In this document: positions 37,234-48,846 of the stretch, one piece after another
Position numbering within the stretch: position 1 is the first letter of the stretch
Layout of the letters: every line of letters starts with the position of its first letter
Translations under genes and position numbers: made by a program
The notes under the pieces: generated by a model
Databases searched by the model: none
What the model saw: the letters and a program-made list of their open reading frames with translations, nothing else
Told to the model about the DNA's origin: nothing
NCBI GenBank assembly: GCA_977016875.1
Contig: CDRNST010000120.1
Span: 248,001 to 312,000, forward strand
DNA: 64,000 bases
Source of the DNA: Pavona decussata
Taxonomy: Eukaryota
Direction: 5' to 3'

Positions 37234-38877
37234 AACTCTAATCACACACTCCTCTAGACCAATCAAAACGCGAGTTTTACACAGTTCATTGTATAATTGC
37301 GTTTCACTTGCATTTTCGGAGACATGAGCAGAGTTGGGATTCCTGTGTAACAAGATGCACCTGTGTGCACAGCAGAAATGCCCGCGAAATTAGTAGACGA
37401 TCCATTGGTGTTGCTCGAGCTGGTGGTTTTCCTACCAATGATGCTGTCTTGTGCAGTCTCTTTAATCTTCTTCCTGAGCTGGTAGCCGTCGGAGACAGAA
37501 ATCCTGACATTGAAGCAGCGCTGGAGGTTTATGAGAACTACCTTCCTTCTCCTCATGCGGTTGATGTTGAGCTCCTGCGATGGAAGAGAAAGTGGTGCAG
37601 CACTGAGGATGCCGACCTCTCCACCAGTGCAGTTCAGACACTCGCAGCATGCGATCGAGAGTTCTTTCCTAACATTCACACCTTGATCCGCATTTTGTGC
37701 ACGTTGCCGAGAACGTCAGCTGAATGTGAGCGCTCATTCAGTACATTAAGATGGTTAGAAAACATACCTGAGGTCAACCATGTCAAGCGAGCGAGAGTCT
37801 GGGCTGGCATTGATGAACATCAATTACCACCGAGACATAAATATCGAGGGAGTGATAAACACGTTCGCTCAACGGCAACCAAGGCGTCTTCTGTTTGCGT
37901 AGCGTAAACGCCAAAGTCTTGTACGTACGTAATGTAAGGATTTTAGACCAACCGTTTTCGTTGGAACCAATTTGGAACCCCCCCTCCTAGAAATCCTGGC
38001 TACGCCCCTGATAGTCGCTAAGACTAAGGGTGAGCCTGGGGACCGAGCATTCCAGTATAAAATTTAAACTATTACATTATTTACAAGGAAAGATTTCCGG
38101 TACGTGGACAGAGAGCGACACTCAGTTTTTTCAGCACTGAACACCTGAATGATTCATTTCCACGTTTATTCTATTAACTTGGCTTTTTTTTCACTTGCAG
38201 TGAGGCGCCTAATTTCGGCAACCAGAATGGATCATTGAAGGACGCGAATGTTGGTATTAATTTTATAAAAAGGTATTGTATAAAGATCACGACCACCTCG
38301 CCCTCTCAATTTGATAGACCCCCCCCCCCCCCCCCCGACCCCCAAAGTAAGAAGAAAGAACAGAAAGAAACGAGAAAACATGTGGGGAATGATTTCCCTG
38401 CTGGATGATATTGTTTGTTTTGAAAAGCAGGAAATGAGGTCGTCAATATCCTCACCCCGATCCTCCCTTGTACTGAGAGGATACAGAAAATACGCCACTC
38501 GGGTCCCGGATGTAGTTTCGCATCAATTTTAACGAGTGGTGTATTTTCCAGTGAAACACTCCTGTCTATTTAATAAATTTTGATTACGTGAAGCTTCTCA
38601 CGTCTTTTAAAATGACTTCAGTGGAAACCGAGGTCGTATTTCTTGGCGATCTTTCAATGGGCAATTCGATATCGAGATAAAATTACCAACAACATAAATA
38701 CAACTTGGATACCAAAATTCGAACAGAATACAGCCTTTCTCTTTCTGCTGGCCATGTTGCTGTGATAAGCACAATTTAAAAGAATTGGGAGTTATATTTG
38801 GAGGGGAGGGAGTGAGACATAAGACGTGAAAACTCATAACGCGGCCAAACTATGTTAAGATTTTAAGGTCATATGAA

Positions 38878-41160
38878 TTTATTTTATTTATTTATATACA
38901 TTATTTAAACAGAAATTCCAGTTCAGCGTAGCTGGGTTAAATGGAGATCTGTATAAAATAATAAGAATAAATAATCAAATATAGAAATGAAACCCAAAAA
39001 AAATCATTCAAAGAGTTCATGAAGGTGAGAAATTAACTAAGGTGATTTAGATGTTTCTTGACTCTCAGTTTAAAACTAGTGAGAGACTGATCATGACGTA
39101 AGTTACGAGGAAGAGTGTTCCAGGATTTGGCGGCATTGTACTTAAAAGATGTTTGAAATTTAGTAGTCTTGGCAAGAGGCAGGCGAATAAGGTCTTTGTT
39201 CCTAGTGTTGTAGTTATGGATCTGCTCCGAGGAGTGGAAGTCATCTAGCAGATAAGCTGGGGCCAAGCCATTGATACACTTATAGACCTGTATGCACTTT
39301 TGGTATTCTCTGCGGCATTGAAGGGATGGCCACTTCAATGTTTGCTGTATATCGGTATCAGTAGCCTTGCGACCCGCAATTATTCCCGCAGCTTGCTTGA
39401 GAAGACGGTCAAGGTAGATCTTGTTTCCCTGACCGCAACCATCCCACACAACGCAACAGTAATGGAATAACGGTAGAACCATAGCATTAAACAGAGTAAT
39501 GCAAGCTTCTTTTGGGATGACTTTCCGGGCTCTACGAAGCATTCCAAGGCGGGACGAGATTTTATTTCCGATATGATCAATGTGTTCGTTCCAATTTAGG
39601 CAAGGATCCAGAAACACGCCCAGATATTTAAATTTGTATACCCTTTCAAGATCTGTGTCATTAACACTAACTGCGAATGACTGGACTGAGCTCAATTTTT
39701 GGTGAGTTCCCAAAAGTATAACTTTGGTCTTCGAGTGATTTAACATGAGATAGTTTTGGTTCAACCATCCGACAACGTGGTCGAGGTCTTGGGACAAAGC
39801 AGCCTCAATAGCTTGCACAGAACTGCTTTCAAAAAACAACAGGGTGTCGTCAGCGTAAAGATGGACTTTACAGTACTTTGTAACTGACGGTAGATCGTTA
39901 ATATACATTATGAACAATAGAGGTCCCAAGACAGACTCCCGGCTGGGGCACATCATATAATATGGGTTCAGCGTCAGATTGCATGCCATTAATGATAACA
40001 CTTTGGGTTCTATTAGTAAGATACGCATTGAACCAATTCACTGAAGACTTACTTAGGCCAAAATCTGCTAATTTCATGAGTAGTAAATTGTGGTCGAGGG
40101 TATCGAAAGCCTTAGATAGGTCCAGAAATCCTAGGCCTGTAAGTTTTCCTTTGTCGATGTTGTGTAGGATAGTGTTAGTAATATCGATTAGGCTGGTAGC
40201 AGTAGAATGTAGTGGACGGAAACTGGATTGATAAGAAGATAGGAGCTTGTGCTGTAGTAAGAAATTATAAATCATTTTGTGAACTGCCTTTTCTAGAATC
40301 TTTGCAAAAACTGGCAGAACTGAGATTGGGCGATAATTGGAGGTATCGGATTTTGAACCAGACTTGAACACTGGAGTTACGATGGCATGTTTCCAGCTTG
40401 CGGGAATAGACCCCTCATTTATCGATCTGTTCATAAGTATTGCTAAAGGTGTGGCAAGTGCGTCGGCACCGTCCTTGAGAAGTCGTGCTGGGATATTATG
40501 TAATCCAGTTGATTTGTTGCTTTTCAGTTTCTTAAGTTCATTAGCTACAAAGGATTCACTAACTTGAGAAAGCTTGAAGTTGTTTGCGGATCGATTTGCA
40601 GGTGGTCCGGGGGCCGATAATACAGGAACCATACGCTGTCTCAGTGTTTCAATTGCAGTAGAAAAGTACTTAGCAAAGCTCTGCGAGATCTTCTTAGGAT
40701 CCTGAATAACACCGCTGCCAGTCTCAAGTGACTCAATGGTTGACATCTTAGGTTTGATAGCAATGACGGATTTCAACGTTTTCCATAATTTGGACGAGTC
40801 TTTCTTATTTTCTTTAATCAAGTTGGAGTAGTAATCTTGTTTAGCATTTCTAATGAGGCGAGTTGTTTTATTTCGCAGCTCTTTATATTTAACCCATTCT
40901 TCAGTTGTCTTTTGCTTCTGCGCCCGTTTGTGGTGAAAATCGCGTTTTCGCATCAGTTCCCTTATCTCACACGTTAGCCATGGTAGACTTTCAGCGCGCA
41001 CTCTCTTTGTGGCAAGAGGTGCGTGTTTATCAACTGTTGCGTAGAGTGTTTCAGCAAATGCAGTCCATGCGTCATCAACAGACAAACTGGTGTCAACTTT
41101 CTCCCAGGAGGCCTCATGCAAATCAGCAGCAAAGTTTTCACTTGAGTAACGTTTAAAGTT
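38878..41160 (-). mobile_element. 5'-truncated non-LTR retrotransposon (CR1/L2-group LINE), RT region with one frameshift
   Basis: ORFs 41121-39898 and 40028-39033 give PWLT, NYRPISVLP, FLDLSKAFDTLDH, VPQ//SVLGPLLF, LYADDT and FKYLGV, with the frameshift at ~39940. The 3' UTR has a CCCAG...CTGGG stem-loop and a (TAAA)-rich tail. The endonuclease domain is missing. Confidence 0.93.
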
Positions 41161-41544
41161 GCTTCTAATTGCCGCGTTCTCTTGCTCAGCCTTTTCTTAT
41201 ATAAATCATGGCATCATTGTAACTTTTAGATCTACTATCGTTTTGACGTATAATGTTGTAAATTAATTATTGTTGTTATTGTTGTTGTTATTATTGTTGT
41301 TATTGTTGTCCCATTAAGACATCTAGACTAGTGGCTTACTGGCTTCACAAAATTCCCACGGGATTACACATGCTCTTAGACTAATTCTCAATATCGTGTG
41401 CATACATGACCGTACAGCAGCATTACATGACAACACATTATAGACCGTGTTTCCAACCAGTGAACTTTCAAATGTTATTGTTATTTCCGTTGTCGAAAGA
41501 TTCGCGTTTATTTATGCATCTTTCGAAGGAAATTTGCTTTTCGT

Positions 41545-44500
41545 TTATACTATTATTATATTAACTAGCGGTATAGCCTGAAATTAATGCATATCTTTTC
41601 GTGATCAATAAAATTGATGAGTTTTAAAAATAATTCGTACTTTAGTCTTCCTCAGACAAAGGCCTCTTTATGTAAACTTCAATCAGGTTTTCGTTTCCTG
41701 TTTTTCTAAGAATTGGTTTTGCTTGATCAGCTGTGTGCAGCAGAGAAAAAAAATTGTATGTTTTACGAAAGCGGCCATGAAAAAGGAAAAGTTCACAACG
41801 ATATTTCGTGAAGATAAGTATCCTTGAAATATCGAAAAAAGGAAGAACTTCAAGACGAACCCTTTTTTAGGTCTAAATTACAAAGTAAGAGTCTTCAAAA
41901 TCAAAGCCTCTTTCAATTTTTGACAGATACGAGAACAAAGATCATTTTAATAGACGTATCAAATTCATAGGTTGTTTGTGGCGTCTGACAAAGGAATTTG
42001 TTCTTCAGTTTACGCCCATCTTGCGCTCGCCAGTTGCAACATTGATATTTCGACATTTTCACAGAACTTGCTTGTTCAGGTAAGATTTACCGTTAATAAT
42101 TTTATACTCACTATTGCAATTGCTGTAGTGAGCTTATCATTCTATTTAAATCTTCCAGCATTCTCAATTTCTTTGCCATTATGTTCATACTATCGAGCTA
42201 TGATCAGACGGAAATTAACTCGTCAATAGATTCGATTCTTGACGAAATGAGACAAGCACAATTTGGTACAACAAAAATGGCGTCACTTGCATGTGGAGGT
42301 TGAGATTAGCTTAGTGAATCATTTCATGCAATTGTTGTAATGAACTTATCATTCTATTTAAATCTTCCAGCATTCTCAATTTCTTTGCCATTATGTTCAT
42401 ACTATCGAGCTATGATCAGACGGAAATTAACTCGTCAATAGATTCGATTCTTGACGAAATGAGACAAGCACAATTTGGTGCAACAAAAATGGCGTCACTT
42501 GCATGTAGAGGTTGAAATAATCTTAGTGGATCATTTCAGTACTTCGTTAACTGTATACAATACGTGTCATTGTATTGGAGAGCAGGATATCGATATTCAA
42601 CTATCGTAAACTTCAATCAGGTTTTCGTTTCCTGTTTTTCTAAGAATTGGTTTTGCTTGATCTGTGTGCAGCAGAGAAAGAAATTTTGTATGTTTTACGA
42701 AAGCGGCCATGAAAAAAAGGAAAGTTCACAACGATATTTCGTGAAGATAAGTATCCTTGAAATTTCGATAAAAAAGAAGAACAACAAGACGGAGGACTTT
42801 TTTCAGGTCTAAATTACAGAGTAAAAGTCTTCAAAAATGAAAGCCTCTTTTTTTGACAGATACGAGAACAAAGATCATTTTAATAGACCTATTAAAATTC
42901 ATAGGTTGTTTGTGGCGTCTGACAAAGGAATTTGTTCTTCAGTTTACGCCCATCTTGTGCTCGCCAGTTGCAACATTGATATTTCGACATTTTCACAGAA
43001 CTTGCTTGTTCAGGTAAGATTTACCGTTAATAATTTTATACTCACTATTGCAATTGTTGTAGTGAACTTATCATTCTATTTAAATCTTCCAACATTCTCA
43101 ATTTCTTTGCCATTATGTTCATACTATCGAGCTATGATCAGACGGAAATTAACTCGTCAATAGATTCGATTCTTGACGAAATGAGACAAGCACAATTTGG
43201 TACAACAAAAATGGCGTCACTTGCATGTAGAGGTTGACATAATCGTAGTGGATCATTTCATGCAATTGTTGTAATGAACTTATCATTCTATTTAAATCTT
43301 CCAGCATTCTCAATTTCTTTGCCATTATGTTCATACTATCGAGCTATGATCAGACGGAAATTAACTCGTCAATAGATTCGATTCTTGACGAAATGAGACA
43401 AGCACAATTTGGTACAACAAAAATGGCGTCACTTGCATGTGGAGGTTGAGATTAGCTTAGTGAATCATTTCATGCAATTGTTGTAATGAACTTATCATTC
43501 TATTTAAATCTTCCAGCATTCTCAATTTCTTTGCCATTATGTTCATACTATCGAGCTATGATCAGACGGAAAATAACTCGTGAATAGATTCGATTCTTGG
43601 CGAAATAAGACAAGCACAATTTGGTACAACAAAAATGGCGTCACTTGCATGTAGAGCCGGGTTGAGATAATCTTAGTGGATCATTTCAGTACTTCGTTTA
43701 CTGTATATAATACGCGTCATTGTATTGGAGAGCAGGATATCGATATTCAACTATCGTAACGTTTCTTTCGGTCTACCACGGAATTTTTTGGAACTGAAGG
43801 CAACTGAAATATTTCATTAACAAAAAACCACCCTTCCGTGTTATAACGCTTAACTTTTAATACAAGTTGGTTCTGAAATAAAAATATTTGGATAAAAACC
43901 TTACGTTTGACCGTTTAAGTGATAGCTTTGAACAGATATTTGGTGCTGTTTAGTTTTCAATATTTTGCGAACTGAAAATGAAATCTTTCAACTTATATAA
44001 GTCGGTACCAGAGTCGGTGCGGACGATCAAACACGATAACATTTATAGGAAATCAAACACATACGCTAGATCCAAAGTAAGTTCGTTTAGGGTTTTATCT
44101 TCCAAGAATAACAATAATTAAAAGCACTGTGCATTTTGAGTAAAGTTCAAATTTACACTGCAGTAAATGATTATATTCTCAATCTTCTTACGCCATTATC
44201 GATCAGCTACCTCTATCAGTTTGTCAATAATGTTTTTCTTGCCCCCCACTGATATTTATCTGAGGAAGTATCATTAGCAAGACGACCTGAATATTCACTG
44301 TTTTAAACACCTTCTCCTGACAGCGTGCTTATATAATAATTTAATGGCCGACACGAGGACTTATGGCTTGATAACCAGATATATCTCTAGTGTTGTGATT
44401 TTTGGAGGTTCTTTTGATTTCTGGAAGTTTTTCTTTTCATTTCTGAGATTGTTCATGATTCGTGGAAGTGTTTCATCCCTATGAGCCACCATACGAATTT

Positions 44501-45020
44501 GCTTTAAGTCTATTATTATATTTTCTAGCGGTAGCATGAAATTGTATATATTTTTGTGGAAAATAATTCGTACTTCAGTCTTCCTTTCAACGTTTCTAAG
44601 AATCGTTGCCGCATAACTGACCTCAGACAAAGACCTCTTTATGTAAACTTCAATCAGGGTTCCATTTCCTGTTTTTCGAAGAATTGGTTTTGCTTGATCT
44701 GTGTACAGCAGAGAAAGAAAGTTTGTATGGCTACGAAAGCGGCCGTGAAAAAAAGAAAAGTTCACAGCGATAAGTATTCTTAAAATATCGAAGAAAAAAA
44801 AAAGAAGAAGAAGAAGAAGGAGGACTTTTTGAAGTCTAAATTATAGAGTAGAGTCTTGAAAACTCAAGCCTCTGTCAAATTTGACAGATATGAGAACAAA
44901 GATCGTTTTAATAGACCAATCAAATACAAGGGTCTTGTTTACGGCGTCTAACAAAGGAATTTGTCCGTCAGTTTACGCCTATCTTGCGCTCGCCAGTTGC
45001 AACATTGATATTTCGACTGT
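41545..45020. repeat. Nested direct-repeat block: three copies of a ~0.4-0.5-kb segment and five copies of a 212-bp unit
   Basis: GTAAACTTCAATCAGG...GTTGCAACATTGATATTTCGAC at ~41673, ~42606 and ~44643. The 212-bp unit CTTATCATTCTATTTAAATCTTCC... starts at 42133, 42345, 43067, 43279 and 43491. Confidence 0.9.
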
Positions 45021-47705
45021 TGTTTCCGTTGTCGAAAGATTCGCATAGAAGATAGCTACGATACACTTGATGAGCTAGTAGTTCGACATTTTCGCAGTAT
45101 TTGTATTATTCCACTGAAAAACTTTTTGTCACACGTGAGAAACTCCATAACAACTTCTTATAATGACGCGATTTAAGGGAAAGTTTCGTTGCATTACAAG
45201 ATCGACTTCCTGTTTTCCTGAGAATAACACAATGCATGGATTAAATGCCATATGATTGTACCATAATATGTATTCTTTATTTTGTAAAAAATAAATTGGT
45301 TGCCTTATGTACTTTATTTTTTGAAGATGACCACCCAATGTACTTTTTAAATGCATTTGCCGCCCTATTTTATAACGAATCAAACGCCAGACAAAAAAAT
45401 AAGTTTAATCATCTTTATGTTGAACCTTGTACAGATGATTCCTTGTTTTTCAGCTCTACTGTGTTTAATTCTAGGTAAAGACAGTCACTATTTTAACCGA
45501 TTTATGATCAATAAACAGCATTATCTAGAGGTTTTCTAGCGACGGATCAGTTCGATTGTTTGAGCTTGATTTATAGGGGCACCACAAACTAATCCCCTTA
45601 TCCATAAGTTTATCTGGGTTTTCCTAGTTGAGTAGTAAACTAAATTCGATCTGAAAGTTTCCACGGTCGATTAGCCCAAGCATGTCTGCAAGTAAGCATA
45701 CTTGACTGCGAACATTCAAGCTTGTAATTAGTTGTGAGTTAGTTATCAGTTAGTTGTGAGTCGAGTTGTTAGTTGAGTAACTAGTTTGTTAACACAAAGT
45801 TTTTGTTCGTGAAGATATGCAGTAGTAAGTAGTTTATTGAAAGAAAATACAAAAATGTAATTTAGTATCTTGTACCTCTAAGACCCTCTAAGCTTGAGCT
45901 AGGCGAGTGCTCAACAATACTCGGTAACCTCAGCGTAATTTGAATAAAAAATTGTAACTTTATTGCTGCTGTGAACATTATGATTCGTGAAATATATTTT
46001 GATACATGCTATGAACACGGCTCTAATTTTGAAACTAAGTGTAATGTACATCAAAATCACCAGGAAGTCACGCGCTAATTTGTTTCATAATTGGGAATAC
46101 TTTTTAACCGCAGTGTAATTTTTGTTCACTTTAGTTGGAAAACATTCGTTCAGTTAGCTTGCACTGATGTGATAGTTCAGGCCATCAATCTTGCAGTGTT
46201 CTGCAGTGGACCTAAAAGGTAATATTTGCAACATATTCATAATTGTAATTTAGGAAGGTGTGGTTTTGTTTTATGATCAGTTGAGCAATATTAAAGCTAA
46301 CTGTAATTAGTAAACAGTCCTCGTCCAAGATCATTAGCAAATGGAGAGGAGCAATAATATCTGAACACCTTATACATTTAAGGTTGCAATAACATCATTT
46401 CCCAGCACAAGTAAGGCATTCATGTGGTTGTGCTTGAGTTTTCTCTTCCCATCAAGGTTGAAGAAAAATGGTTCTTGTTTGCTTTAGTATGTCGGATTCG
46501 TGTTCAAGTTATTGCAAAGCAGTTTCTTTTGAAGACGTCTTTTCAATTTTGTTGAGCTCCAAAATCATCTGCTCATCCTGGTCTCCCAGTAACATTTCTT
46601 TCCTGCAGTGCCGCTTTATTGACTTAAGGGCTGTTATTCTGAGATTTTTGAAATTCCAAGAGCAACTTTTTAGACAACACTGGCTACAAGAAAGCAAACC
46701 TATCTGACCTTCCGCTGAACATTCAACGAAGCTCAGCTCGGCTTCTCTCCAGCGAGGTGTCAAGTGTGGACAGTGTGGAACGTAGATGTTAAAAGTTTCC
46801 AAGAATCGGAGTTGTATCAGTTTCCTCGAACAAGCAAGTTTTCAATGCGCAGTTTAATATTCAGTGTGTTTTTCTTCTGTTAAATCAAGTTGCATAACAA
46901 ATATAAATAAAGTTAAAGGCGAAGGATATAGTAAATGTTAGCGGATTCACCTGATTTGAACATTCTGAGAAATAACCATTGAATATTGTACATATTATCG
47001 TGCACGGAATGCTGTTGTACGCGTTTTTTTTATGAATAAGAACGTGAAAATAAAACTCCAAAAAATAAACATTGACTGCAATATACTTCCACTAATTCAG
47101 CTTCGGTGTCCTCAGTTCATTAACGGAATAGCAATTTCGTTTAGTCCAAAATATCTTCACATGGCTAATCTTGCTTCAGTGGCATGCAGCGCTGAACATC
47201 ATTCTCGAATTTTACATGTTCCTCTCTGTCAATTGAGCCAATTCGTCCTAAACGAATTTCGTATAATCACCGGTTAATCAGCATATAAAAAATAAAATGT
47301 TTAAATACTTATTTTGATCATTGTAATACTCATTAATCACAATTTTACTTTATTTCAGTTTGAATACATTCTTCAAATTCAGCGAACTTTCACTGATGTG
47401 ATGAAAGTTTTAAATGAAGCCATCAATCTAAAGGGTAAGATTTTATATCAATATTCACTTGTGACTTAACTTCTCTCGGTTGTGAGCAAGTTCCACTTAT
47501 AAATGAAATATGTTTATAAAGAGACTATTATTAATATAAATTATTTTAGCAGTAAAAAAACGTCCATATGCTATTTACAAATAAGATCAGTTTCCTCCTT
47601 AAGAGCCGGGACCAAAACATAGTCCTCAAGCGCTCAAGGGATGTTTTTTCGTCATCACTTTCAGGATGTGAGTTGTCCCTATGAGTGCCGTCCTTTGAAC
47701 TTATT

Positions 47706-47961
47706 AGTGAGCTTACGCAACAGGGCGTTTGAGGGAAGGGGACGGTGAAGCTTCGTTGTGTAACCAACATGACATCTTAGTACCTTCATATTTTTAGGCG
47801 ATTTGATACTAAAACTTTTGTTTTCTCATCTGTGACAACGTGAAAACCACGAGTGGTAGGAATGTTACAATGTAGAGTCATGAAAACTAGGTCGTCACGT
47901 TGGTCACACAAGGACAATTTGCCGTCCCACCACATCAGCCGTCCTGTTGTGTAAACTCGCT
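47706..47961. mobile_element. Degenerate MITE
   Basis: AGTGAGCTTACGCAACAGGGCG ... CGTCCTGTTGTGTAAACTCGCT inverted termini; inner TGTGTAACCAACATGAC / GTCACGTTGGTCACACA. Confidence 0.65.
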
Positions 47962-48846
47962 ATTAATGTACTCATTCCCGGCAGGATTAATTTATTCCTG
48001 GAAAACGCTGTCGAGATTAAAATTGTCCTGTTGTACAGATTTGTATTGTGTTGACAGTTTTCCCTTCACAACATTGATCCTTTTTATAATTTTCAAATAC
48101 CTCGAATATATGACATATGGCAAGTTCTTCTTTGTTAACTCTGTTTTGCAGAAGTCTGATAACCAACAAACGTTTCGGCAGGTAAGACACATTGATACTA
48201 ATAATCGTTATTCGTGGTATTTCAAGTGTAAAATCATGCACGGCGTGTCTGAAGCTGTGTTAATTCTTTGTAACTGGGTCAGTCTTTATCAACAACCAGT
48301 TCCTAATCATATTTGTATCAGTAAAGATTTTCACGGTGCTTGTTAGTAAGGTACGTTGACAGGTCATAGTATGTCCCAACTTGTTTCCTTCGGGGTCCGC
48401 AAAATGAACCGGTGAGGTCACATCACGTAAGACTTCACAGCCGCTATCTTGGATCCGCCATCTTGGATTACTTGCTGTCTTCAAAACCGAAAAAAGCCGT
48501 CCAAATTGGTTCATAATTAATCAAAACCGGTAAATAAAAATGAAAATGCAAAAGGTACGAGAATAAAATAATCCAAATTTGGAAAAAGCAAGCTTTCAAA
48601 TTTTGTTACTATGGAAACATCAAGTCCCGTGAGTAATCAATTATTATAACAAATTGCTGCCAGATAAAAAAAAGTCAGAAAAACTCATGGATATTCAAAC
48701 TCAACGCGCCATATTGGCTGTCTATCATCTCGTATAAAACGCCTGTTTGTCGAATAACCGTTTACTCTATAGCTCACCTCAGAAACATGTTTGGACCGGA
48801 TGAGGTTGATATTTGTTGAACAGAAATTTCATTCTTCCATAGCAAA

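Larger units (their letters stand above)
36086..38010 (+). mobile_element. Internally deleted hAT transposon carrying nested palindromic insertions
   Basis: TIRs CAGGGGCGTAGCCAGG / CCTGGCTACGCCCCTG. Transposase C-terminal dimerisation remnant at ~37420-37900 (FFPNIHTLIRILCTLPRTSAECERSFSTLRWL, then frameshift). No matching 8-bp TSD (TTCTCGGA vs ATAGTCGC). Confidence 0.85.

Noticed and set aside
42133-43690. CRISPR-like or coding repeat array
   Set aside because: Units are 212-bp near-identical tandem copies without unique spacers; the length is not a multiple of three and the context is eukaryotic.
46260-46900. Possible retroelement or gene fragment (short ORFs on both strands)
   Set aside because: No diagnostic motif could be matched by eye.
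47385-47435. C/D-box snoRNA suggested by CTGA and GTGATGA
   Set aside because: The boxes are adjacent and in the wrong order, with no terminal stem or identifiable guide.
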